The position numbers and the translations under genes were made by a program. From Nageia nagi (Eukaryota > Plantae > Pinophyta): a stretch of 64,000 nucleotides of DNA. Shown here piece by piece: positions 13,049 through 23,958 of this stretch (positions are counted from its first letter, which is position 1; the number at the start of each line of letters is the position of its first letter). Below the pieces are notes generated by a model, which was given only the letters and a program-made list of their open reading frames with translations, was not told where the DNA came from and searched no databases. The DNA is taken from assembly GCA_050084985.1 (NCBI GenBank), contig JBITNC010000001.1:169632001-169696000 (forward strand). Direction: 5' to 3'.

Positions 13049-13278
13049 GCAAAAAGCTATTCTACCTCTAAATTGGCGCATATATGCCCCAAGTATATGG
13101 TTTAAAATGGTGGAACCAAAAATTCATGTTGCTCACATACTGGGGGATAATTGGGCTGAGGAAGTCAAATTTGTAGGTGGCTTGTCCTAATTCATCTAGA
13201 AGGATACAATTTTGATTATTTTTTAGCTATATGCTCAAGGCATATATGTTCAAATTTGGAGGGAGGATAACTTCATCC
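13049..13278. mobile_element. MITE-like element with ~55-bp degenerate terminal inverted repeats
   Basis: Left end GCTATTCTACCTCTAAATTGGCGCATATATGCCCCAAGTATATGG matches the reverse complement of the right end, GTTATCCTCCCTCCAAATTTGAACATATATGCCTTGAGCATATAG. It interrupts the host motif TTATATTT|AGTGATTT. Confidence 0.7.
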
Positions 13279-13829
13279 TAGTGATTTGTTCAATGAGTTG
13301 GAATCATGTAATTTTTTTAGTTTTAAATTGCATTCCTCTATTTAATCGATCAAACAAACATTCTATTTATGTGATCTATTATATTTTTAAAATAATAATT
13401 ATTAAATATTATGTGGCACAATAATCAATTTTATTATTTTTGTTATCATAAGTAGCAACTTTATACTCATGAAGACTTCAAATTATTATTACAATTTTGT
13501 GTGCTTTTTTTATGACTATCCATTCTTTTACAATTTTATTCAAATATTTTTTGTATTTTTGTATTCAAATATTGTACAACTCATCATCTATATTTATACA
13601 TAGTATTTTTAATTAAATATTTTTGTGAATGCTTTAATATTCATGCACATTAAGACTTCTTGCATCAAACTTTATCTTCAACAAGTTGTAATTCTAAAAT
13701 AGAATACTTAGCAAGTTCTCATAATAAATAAATAAAAATTAATATCAATGAAAACAATCTATAACATTAAATAAAGAGATTTTAGTTAAAAACTTTAAAA
13801 TGAAATAAAGATAACTTTAAACAAGGTTC

Positions 13830-13940
13830 CACCATATGATATGAAATGATCCAAGTGCACCATATGATATGAAATAATTTAAATGAATAAATATATGATA
13901 TGAAATAATCTAAATGCATAATCCACTATATGATATGAAG
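13830..13940. repeat. ~30-bp minisatellite with an ATATGATATGAAAT core
   Basis: Four copies of (C)ATATGATATGAA. Confidence 0.75.
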
Positions 13941-13969
13941 CTATGTAATTGTAATATATGAATTTTATT

Positions 13970-16900
13970 CAATATGCAATTGTCAGATGTTAAACCTTAA
14001 TAGAAATGTATTTTGTAAAATGTAAAATAACACTTGTCGTATCTATACCTCTACTCACTTCTCCTCTTCTCTACCCAAAAACTCAAAAATAATTATAAGG
14101 TGTTAAGCCTTGATAGATATGTATTTTGGAAAATTCAAAAGAATATAAGGCATGATAATTGTTTAACAAATTCAAAAACTTAAAAAGCTTGAAACTTTCC
14201 AAGTGCCTACCTAATAATGTTCCAAGTGCCTACCTATATTTTATTTATGTTTCACATGAGATATATTTATATGGAATGCAATGATTTGATGATATACAAT
14301 TCATAACTAGAACAAATTTTCCCTAGTTAAACTCTTTGATTAAGCACTTGGTAACAAACCCTTACAACATAACTTCAGTTATAAATACTTTAATAGCATG
14401 AGTGACTCTAATTGCATTACTCATAGGATAAATAATTATACATGGATTGTTGACCTTATTTGGCATGCAAAAATAGTTTTGTGGACTTTAAATGATGCAA
14501 AAATTATTGTACAAGATGCATGATGCAAACATAGTTTCATTGGGTACAAATTATTGGAGGATATGTAATTCATAGATATAAAAAGAATACAAAATATGGA
14601 AAAATACAAAAGGCCCAAAATTTATTTAACAAGATGTATGATGCAAACATAATTTTATGGACTCTAATGATTAGAAGATATGCAATTCATGGCTATAAGA
14701 AGGATGTAAAATGTGTAAGAATATACAAGTCTTAGGAATCATTTGAAAAGATGCATGATGCAAATATAGTTTCATAGGCTATAATGATTGCAAGATACAT
14801 AAAAAATAGGCTTTCCAAAAAAGGTGCTATATACTTTTATCTAGATGCAATTGTCAGGTGTTAAGCCTTGATAGACATGCATTTTATAAAATGTAGAAGA
14901 ATACAAGGTATAATAATCATTTGATAAGATATATACCTACTACACCAACACCTCACCTCTCCTCTCTTCTCCTTTACTCTCTCGTTTCTACTCTTCCAAG
15001 AAAAATGATAAAAATTGTAGGTGCTCGCTTGATGACTTTCCAAGTTCCAACCTAAGTTCTTAAGCACTCACTCAGAATTCTTAAAACAAAATCAATGTGT
15101 CTTGGTTTTACATTGAATGTTATGGTTATGATTTCCTTATATACATGTATGTAAAATGTGGAATAATACAAAAGACATGGGAATTGTTTTACAAGTTGCA
15201 TGATACAAACACAGTTTCATGGATTAAAAAGATTAAAATGTATAGAAAAATGGGTTTTCTAAAAAAGGCTCTAGATACTTTTATCTAAATGCAATTATAA
15301 ACAAATTAGGTTTTTTTATGCTAATGAAGTTTAAGAGGTGAAGGTGAAGAAATATACCTTAGGAGTTTGCCTTGGGTTTATGCAACTAGATTATGATGAT
15401 ATTCTCCCAAGTGATATACTTTTTGTGCCAAAGTAACAAGGAGGTGATAAATAATGGTATGATCAAAAGTATTGAAATTTGATCATAAGTATCAACTTTT
15501 AATCATACCTTGTCAACTACCCAACTCATTCATGTAACTTTGTAGTTGGTATTTGTGAACTTTTTTTCTTGGTGCCTATAGAATTCATAACAACTTGGAG
15601 TTAGAAAAATTTTTAGTAGAACCCTAAAGTTATATTTTATAATTGAATGTAATTTTATACTAGAATTTGTAGTAGAACCTAGAGAAATCACATGAATTTT
15701 TCGATAAGATACATGATACATTTCTAAGGGCCATAATGATCACAAGATATACATAAAATAGATTTTCTAAAAAGGTCCTAGAGACTTTTAAGTAGGTGCA
15801 ATTATCATGTACAAAATAAACTTTGTAACCTTTTCTAGAAATCTTCCAACATGTACAACCATGGGAGCTCTAGAAGAAGGTGTAGACATCTATAAAAGAG
15901 TAGTTGAAAATGGTTTTGCATTGAATGTTGTGGTTGTGAGTGCCTTATAGACATGTGCACAAAATGTAGAAGAATACATAACTCTTGATAATTATTTTAT
16001 AAGATACATAATGTAAATATAATTTAATAAACTATAATAATTGGAGGGTATGTAATTCATGTCTATAAAAAGGATACCCTCAAAATATTTGATCTGATGA
16101 AGCACTTAGGAACCAACCTAAAAATCATAACCTTTTTATATAATTTACTTACATGAAGTCATCTACTTCTAGTGGATGATGATTGTAAATACTTTAATAG
16201 CATGAGTGACTCTTAGTCATATAGGCTATCTCAAGGGATATTTGAACTTCATTACTAAAACACACATAAAAACTAAATTGGGTGTGTGGATGTGTCTAGC
16301 TACTTGGTTCTTACAAATTGAATGTTATGGTTTTGAATGCCTTGATAAACATTTATGTATAATGCATAAGAATACATAAGACCCAAAAATTATTTGGCAA
16401 GCTAAGATCTGTGATGCAAATACAATTTCATAGACTATAATGAATCTTGGAGAATATGTAATTCATAGCTACAACAAATATGCCCTTAAACTCTTTGATC
16501 TAATGAATTACTTAGGAAGAAACCATAATAGCATAAAATTTTGTATGTATTTTACTTGCATCCAGTCATCAAGTCTACTAGATGAGGTTTGTAAAAAACT
16601 TTCATAACATGAGTGGCTCTTAGTTGTGGAGGTTATATCAAGGGATCCTTTAACTTCACTACCAAAATACCAATAAAAATTGAATTGGGTATGTAGATAT
16701 GACTAGATAATTGGTGCTTGTAAATTAAATGTTATGGTCTTGAATGTTTTGATAGATATGCATGTAAAATATGGAAGAATACAGAAGTCTTATGAGTTGT
16801 TTAACAAGATGCATGATGCAAATATAGTTTTATGGACTTCAATGATTAAAGGATATTTAATTCATGGCTATAGCAAGGATGTCTTTAAAATATTTAATTT

Positions 16901-17129
16901 GTTGAAGCACTTAGGGATCAACCCTAATATCATAATTAATGTATGTGTTCTACTTGCATGTAGCTATCCATGTATAGTGTATGAGGTTTATGAGTATTTT
17001 AATAACATAATTCTTAGTCATATAGGCTATCTCAAGGGAGTTTTGAACTTCATTGCAAAAATACCCATAAATCATGAATTGGGTATTTGGATGATTCATG
17101 GATTAGGTTGTGAGTATGGATTTTCATAG
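13970..17129 (+). pseudogene. Array of rearranged PLS-class PPR gene fragments
   Basis: Repeated motifs such as LIDMHVKYGRIQKSYELFNKMHDANIVLWTSMIKGYLIHGYSKDVFKIFNLLKHLG..VLLACS.., VTFSRNLPTCTTMGALEEGVDIYKRVVENGF and MQLSGVKP, with many stops. Confidence 0.9.
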
Positions 17130-17959
17130 AGGTCCATATGATGTTGATTTGATTGATATGTGTTTACTTTTATCTAGTTGATTATTTTATTTTACAACTT
17201 AGCTAGCACTAATGCTATTGAAAAGTGTCAACACTATAAAAAAGTGCTAATGGTAGGCTTTATAGGAGATCAGGGGTCTTGGTTATAGGAGATAGTCCCT
17301 TTAGTTGTGAAGAAGGATTTTAGTATGATTTGGAGATGTTTTTATGTAATATGGAGTGTTATTTCTCTCCTACACATGTCATATAACTACCTGATCTTAA
17401 CCCAAACACTACTTGACTCTCCATGTTGATAGGCAATGCTAATACTTTAGGTAATGTCCACCTTGGTCTTCTTGAGGAGTTTGAATTCCAAATTCAATGA
17501 GTTGGATTTATGGTATATTTTCATATTTGATAGTATGTTTATATACCATTTCTTATATAATAAGGCTATCACCAATATTGGTGTTATAAGTCATGTTCAA
17601 AGGAAGTTGAAGTAGTTCAAGGAGTTTTGAAGTGGTTCTTGGGAGTTGTAATGATTGGGAAAGCCCAAGGGGTATCATATTTTGGTATTAAAAATTCTTA
17701 AACACTTCATTTTATATTTTTTGATGTTGTAATTGATATATAATACATTGTATGAATGCTCATAGTGAGAGATGACATTATATGACTATTCTCTTTCTGT
17801 TTGAGTATCATAGTTCTTGATTTTGATTTGTGGAGTTATTTTCACTACTACATTTTACCAATTTTACATCATACCATACGTTATAAAATTGCATTTTGAT
17901 TCCATAATGCAAGATGCATTTTTGGCATGTTAAATTCAATCTATATAAAACCAATTTTT

Positions 17960-18095
17960 TTGATCCATTAGTTGATGCATTGGTTGACTCATTGGTTGAT
18001 GCTTTGGTTGATGTATTATTTGGTGCATTAGTTGACATATTATTTGATGTATTAGTTGACATATTATTTGATGTATCAATTGATGTATTGATTGT
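17960..18095. repeat. 12-bp minisatellite (TTGGTTGATGCA-like)
   Basis: About 11 units; they produce the repetitive ORFs LVDALVDSLVDA and STNASTN. Confidence 0.85.
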
Positions 18096-18229
18096 GTCAA
18101 ATAATTCATAAAGTGATACATGGAATAGAAAAAAAAGGCATAGATCATGCACACAAATCATGGCATGATCTATTATTGAATTTTGATGCATTCCCTTGAT
18201 TGACGATGGATTTTTAATGGTGGGTATGA

Positions 18230-18400
18230 TGCCATTGATGAGTAAATGAATGAGCTTACCCTTTATAAGGGTATTTTTAGTGATACAAGTTTGCAAGAGC
18301 TAAAGACATATTGAAGAACATAGATAGTAGTGTGTATTTGTATTTTTTGGTAAGCAAAACATGCATTGCATACTTTAGCTTCCTATGAAGTTTGGTAGAG
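18230..18400 (-). pseudogene. N-terminal fragment of a PLS-PPR gene, inverted
   Basis: Minus strand reads KLKYAMHVLL..SSICL*LLQTCITKNTLIKGKLIHLLI, like the RLKEALHIL..STYLQLLQTCI..GKQIH start of conifer PPRs. Confidence 0.65.
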
Positions 18401-18429
18401 GCTTTCAAAGTTTGGTGTATTCCCATGAA

Positions 18430-18770
18430 GTTTTTAAATGTATGATTGAATGACATATCTTCTCATGGAATATGATAATTTTAGGTTACAAAAGACATGG
18501 CTTTCCTTAATAGGCATTGAAACTATTTCACTAAATGCAATAAACACTAACAGTAGTCCAACCAAATGAATTCACCTTTCCTAGCATCCTCAAAGTATGC
18601 ACCAAAATAAGAGATTTGAAAAAGGGTTTATACATACATAAAATAATCTTTAAAATCATTTTTTATTCATATGTTATGGTTATGAGTGCCCTATTAGACA
18701 TATATGCAAAATGTGAAAGTGTAGAGAAGACACACGAATTATTTGATAAGATGTATGATGCAAATAATAA
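18430..18770 (+). pseudogene. PLS-PPR fragment (P-L-S triplet)
   Basis: FSWNMIILGYKRHGFP..ALKLFH*MQ..QPNEFTFPSILKVCTKIRDLKKGLYIH..VMVMSALLDIYAKCESVEKTHELFDKM. Confidence 0.9.
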
Positions 18771-19472
18771 ATCCTCCTCATTATTGTAATTTTGATGCTA
18801 TAAATGATGATTTATACATCATGTATAACATTAATTATTTTATGCTTAGAATATCAATATATGATGCAAGGAATGACATTGTAATTGACACAAAAATGAT
18901 GCTTTATTTGATAGTACCCTAAGCATTAATTGATACGTCATGATATATACAATTTTTTTTAATTATGGATTAATGCATGGTATGATGCAAAATTAGTTAT
19001 TTGTAGTGGTTTTTTGAGGTTATAAAGGGTTGATTTGGTGTTGAGGAGATTATGTATTAGTTCTTGTAACATATATTATAACAATTTTCTTTACAATTGA
19101 TTGAAGAGAAGGCTGCTAAAAGGGGATGTACTCTCACATTGAAAGGAACCTTTATAGATCATTGTGTTAATCTTTGTGTATGTGATTTTCTTTTCATTAT
19201 ATTGCAATTCATTTTCTTGTTCAGTATTATAGATGTTGTTTTCATGCACATATGCTTGATGTGTTACTTTATTAGATCTTTTTGACATCAATTTGTATAA
19301 ATTTGTATTTGAGGATCCTTTGAAAGCCATAGGCTTAAAGTGATTACAGATCATGTGACATCAGAGTGAAAGTTTATGATTTAAAGGCTTATGGATGCAT
19401 GATAGAAGATCTTAAAGACTTGAGTTAGCTCCTACAAATCCTGGTATTAGAAGGAGAATTACACAGCCTACC

Positions 19473-20764
19473 ATGGAAGGAGTGGGAGAAGATGAACTAA
19501 TCATCCAAGAAATGGGAACCATATTAGATGTATACCTTGAAAGAAGATTTATGGATATGGAAAGGAACCTTAATCATCTAATGTATATGATGATGGAGAG
19601 AAAAAAACTTGATATTGGAAAAAGAAGACATTAGTCCAAAATTGAGGAGAGTCCTAATGGATCAATCTCTTCTTATACAAAAATACCATTCAAAATGCAA
19701 GCTAAGGTGGACATTCCTATATTTGTTGGTGTCATTGATGTTGAGAAGTTGAACAACTAGATCAAATAATTGGAGGTATACTTATTAATTCATGGTGTTG
19801 TTGAAGATGTCCATAAAATATATTTTGTAATGTTGAAAATGGGTGGACATGCCTTAGTTTGGTGGTAAATCTATGTAGAGCCTCTTAGGCATAAGAACCA
19901 ACCACTTATCTCTTCATAGGATGAGTTCATTAAGATACTTATAAATTAGTTCTATTGATTGGGCATCATAACAAGTAAGTTTTTAAGTGGTAATACTTGA
20001 GGTAATAAAAAGGGTAATCTATCCAAGATTACATCACAAAATTTAAGAAACAAGCTACTTTATTAAGCATTTCTTTGAAATACCCACAAGTTATGATGAA
20101 GTATGTTGGGGGACTACATAATCATTTGAGGAGTTATCATTTGAGGAGAGCCATTATGTTGTTCAATACATAAGACCTAGACCTTGTAACTATGTACACA
20201 CAATATATGGAGGAAGATGAAGGAAAGAAATAACAAGGTGAACATTCCAACCAAAATCTACATAAGCAGAGTGGTCTTCACAAGGGGAAATCTCAAGAAA
20301 AGAACAAAGAAAAGCAATCAGAGAAGGCTGCTACTACTACCAAGAAATATGAAAGCAACAAGCATTATCCTCATTGTGAAAAGGATGGCCATACTGAAAA
20401 TAAGTGTTGGAATCTTCAACCTAACAATAATCTACATAGGAAGAAGAATGTTGAGAAGATAAGTGCAATGATAATTAAGAGTGAAAATGTTGATGATATT
20501 TATGAGGTATATGAAGAAATCACTTAGGTTGTAGTTAAAAAGGTTGACAAGGAGGTTGAGTGCAATAAGAAGAAAGAGCAAGAAAAGGAGAAGAAGATGA
20601 TGCAACTCTTCCATATCAAGATTCAATCCAAGAAGACTGGTATTGATTCAACCTTTTATCTTGGTTCACAAGTTAATCTCATTATTGAGCACATGGTGAA
20701 TAAGTTGGGGTTGAAGACTTATAACCATCCTCATTCATATCCTTTCAGATAGATGCATAAATAT
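19473..20764 (+). pseudogene. Gypsy gag and N-terminal protease (decayed)
   Basis: PFKMQAKVDIPIFVGVIDVEKLNN..LKMGGHALVWW; zinc knuckle HCEKDGHTENKCW; LFHIKIQSKKTGIDSTF..GSQVNLI..LGLKTYNHPHSYP. Confidence 0.88.
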
Positions 20765-23464
20765 TGATGAGTCCATGAAATATCCATTTTGACATCCATT
20801 ATTTCCACCTATTTACATTCATTTTACTTCACCATTTCATATTTTATCCATATTTCTATGGCAAATTTATTATTTATTATGTATAGTTGGAAAGTTGATT
20901 AATTGAAGAATATTGTGAAAAATATAAGAAATTAGAACATAATCTTGAAGTATTGAATGAATATTATGATCTTGATTTTTTTACAAATTTTGTATGATCT
21001 TGAATTTCAAATGGTATAATAAGAATAGGAAACTAAAATACAGAAATAAAGTTACAACCCTAAAAAGTTTACAACTTCTACTAATCTTATGCAGTTTGAT
21101 AATTATTTGTTTAAGTATTACCAATTTTGCAGAAAGTGATAAAACACATTCTTGCAAAGATGATATGAGACACTTATTTTTGTCAAAGGTAAACATGTGA
21201 TATACCATTGGAAATATGGTAAAAAATGATTTCCAATCATATATCAAGTGATGAAAATGGAGTTATATAGAGAAATTTATAATGGCTACAAAATGAAGTT
21301 TGTGAAGATGTGACCAAAATGTGATATACAACAAAATAATTGCATAAGTGGCCAATTTTGATTCATCAACAATGGATGAATCAATAGTTACAAAATGAAT
21401 ATAATAAATTTTTTGAGGCATCTCAAATCATTCCACATAAATTCAAATCAGTTGCAAGCATTACAATCAAATTAAATGTATTGTTAGCATAAAGTTGATT
21501 TAGTTGTTTTGAATAAAGATAAAGAAGTTATTTTGTAAAGATTCCTTCTCACAACTATATAAGCATTTTAAGCTCAGGGAGAATATTATTATGTAATGTT
21601 GGGTATAAACTAAGTAATAAAAGTAAGTGGTGAAGGTTGCATCATATTTGTAAGTTTGTACTCCAATTTAGGAAGTTTTTAGTATTCTTTGTATTGATTG
21701 AAGTTAAACTAAGTAGAGTAGGTTAGGAGAAATTAATCTAATCTTATATGAATAAGAAAGGGCCCAATCATATAGATTTAGATTAGTCTAGATAGATTTA
21801 TATAGATTTAGATTAAATTGATTTCAATTCTTGCTGTATGATTTTCTTTCTTGCAAATTTACTACTTTCCGAGAATAGTTTATTTTTTACAATTTACTTG
21901 CTTTCTAGAATAGAATTTCATTTTTGTTGTGTGGTGTGATTTAATTTCTTGTAATTTTAATTCTTTATAGAATAAAATTTCCTTTTTGAAACTTTATTGC
22001 TTTCTAGATTAAAATTTAGTTTCTTGCAAATGTAAAGTAAGACCAATTTCTCAAGGCATTTGCATATACAATGCATGATACCTTGTAAAACTTAATCTAG
22101 ACACTAGTTTGAAAAATTAAAATGATACGTAAAAATGCAATCATTTTTGGCATCATTATTGGGTAAGGTTTCAAAATTATCTAAGGAGTTAGTCCAAGTT
22201 TAAGTCTCTATTTGATTTTAGTACAAACAAAACGAAAATGATAATAGAGCATATGTGTTTCTCCAAGAGTTGGTGCATACAAAGAGAAAAAAAACTTCCT
22301 TGATTCTATAAGGCATAGCACAAAAAAAAAGTTGGGAATAAGGTAGTTCCATTTTTTAATCCCTATTTCAAATGAATAAAAATTGAAATTGTAGTCCACA
22401 CACACTAGTCTAACATTAGCAAGCCCAAAATTGACATTTTTAAAAAGTGTCCAGAATATGATGAAAATTGTATAGCGGATTCTAGACAAAAATGGGAATT
22501 AAAAAAAAATAAATTTTGTTGAAAAAAAATATTGAGTAGATAAAAGTTATGGCCTTTGTAATTTTTCAGCTAGTTACAAGAAAGCATGGCAAAAAGTGAA
22601 AAGTTGTTAACTTTGGAAGGCTATAATTTGAGATTATTTTATTCATTTTTGATGAAATTTGATTCATATAAGAGAATTTTGAAAATGGAATTCAATAATG
22701 TTTGCTTCATCCAAAATATGAGTGTTTATCCATGTTTAATAATGGCCTACTTATGAGCACTTATTATTTTTGGAACTGAAAATTATTTATGTGAAGAAAG
22801 ATTTATCTTAGAAGCATAAAGAAATGGGTTATCATGCAACTTGAAATAAAAATTGGAAAACCTATGGAAAGAATAAAAATATTAAAATAAAACCAAAATA
22901 AAACATTCACAACCTTAACAAGAAAAATAATTTTTATGATTTCTTTCTTGCACATCAATACTACTAAGTGTGAATCTTATTTTGGATTGTATCCTAACAT
23001 ATTTTTTGTAGCATGGATTAACAATTTGATTATAGGAGAAGGTACATCAAGTAGTAATTTTCAATTATGCATGATGAATGTATACTTTGGTTTGATGCCT
23101 TTTATTTAGTCTTCCAAGTAATCTTTTAAAAGTTGGCAATTATTGCACATTCTCTATGCTCAAGGAAATCTTGAAGATGTTTCTTGTGGTCCTTGTGGTG
23201 ACTGACTTTTTATGGATACTACATTTCCCCACCATGATTTTTGTCCTCTACTATGTACCATTATGATGCTCTAGTGTATGTGCCATTTCCTCTACTATGT
23301 TCCTTTTATTTTATGCTTGTTGAGAGTCCTTATCTTCTTTGAACATGCCCTACCATCCATGCCACTATTCTAACACAAGTTCTTACATCATCCTCTCAAA
23401 GTACCCTCCACACACCTATTCACCTCGCACCATTATTCATTATATCAATCACCAATCAATTTAT

Positions 23465-23958
23465 AATGTATAATGCATTATTGTAAAGGTTTTGTAATAA
23501 TCTTCTATGTAAGTTCACTAATACTTAAGGGTATCATTTGATACCTTAAGTATTTAAGTGAATATGATAATGTAACTTGTCCTACGCTCCATGTCATGAG
23601 CATGCCCCTTGGGTAAAAGGATGTGCATGTCATGCTTTTGTACATTGGGTAAAAGGGTGATCCAAAGAGGGATTTTTGGCCTATAAATAGAAGGCTCCTT
23701 CTTTGGATCATACACCAATTTATGGAGTAAAGTTATGCTATAGGATAGTGTTTAGAAGATGAGGTTAGGAGAATTGTAAGAGATTCATGTTTGTGAATGA
23801 AGTGAGATCTAGTTTGTGGATGTACTCCTAGTTGGAGGAACCACTTTACATCTTGAGTTATCTTTGTGAGATTGTCATATTTGAGTTATTTAGATGTGAG
23901 TTTGAGCTTTTTTGAGATCTTGGTAGTTTAGGGTTGTTTATGTTATATTGCAATTCCT
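23465..23958 (+). mobile_element. End-truncated copia LTR of the same family as 4456-4959
   Basis: Collinear with the reverse complement of 4456-4959 (AATGTATAATGCATTATTGTAAAGG..GCCTATAAATA..GTACTCCTAGTTGG). It lacks the terminal TGTTGG and TTCA. Confidence 0.9.

Larger units (their letters stand above)
5500..13400 (+). repeat. AT-rich degenerate tandem repeat (5500-6364 and 12616-13400) split by the LTR element and a MITE
   Basis: The motifs ATTTAAGTGATTTATCYAATGAGKTGCACTAATGTT, AAACTTGTATTTTTATTTAAATT and TACAAACACTTTATTAAA recur on both sides. An empty insertion site is visible near 12880. Confidence 0.75.

Noticed and set aside
16734-17129. Functional PPR protein
   Set aside because: It is one unit of a rearranged array, with an internal deletion and degenerate motifs; sister units have stops.
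17808-18296. Longest ORF (162 aa) as a real gene
   Set aside because: It is a chance read-through of a PPR scrap into a 12-bp minisatellite.
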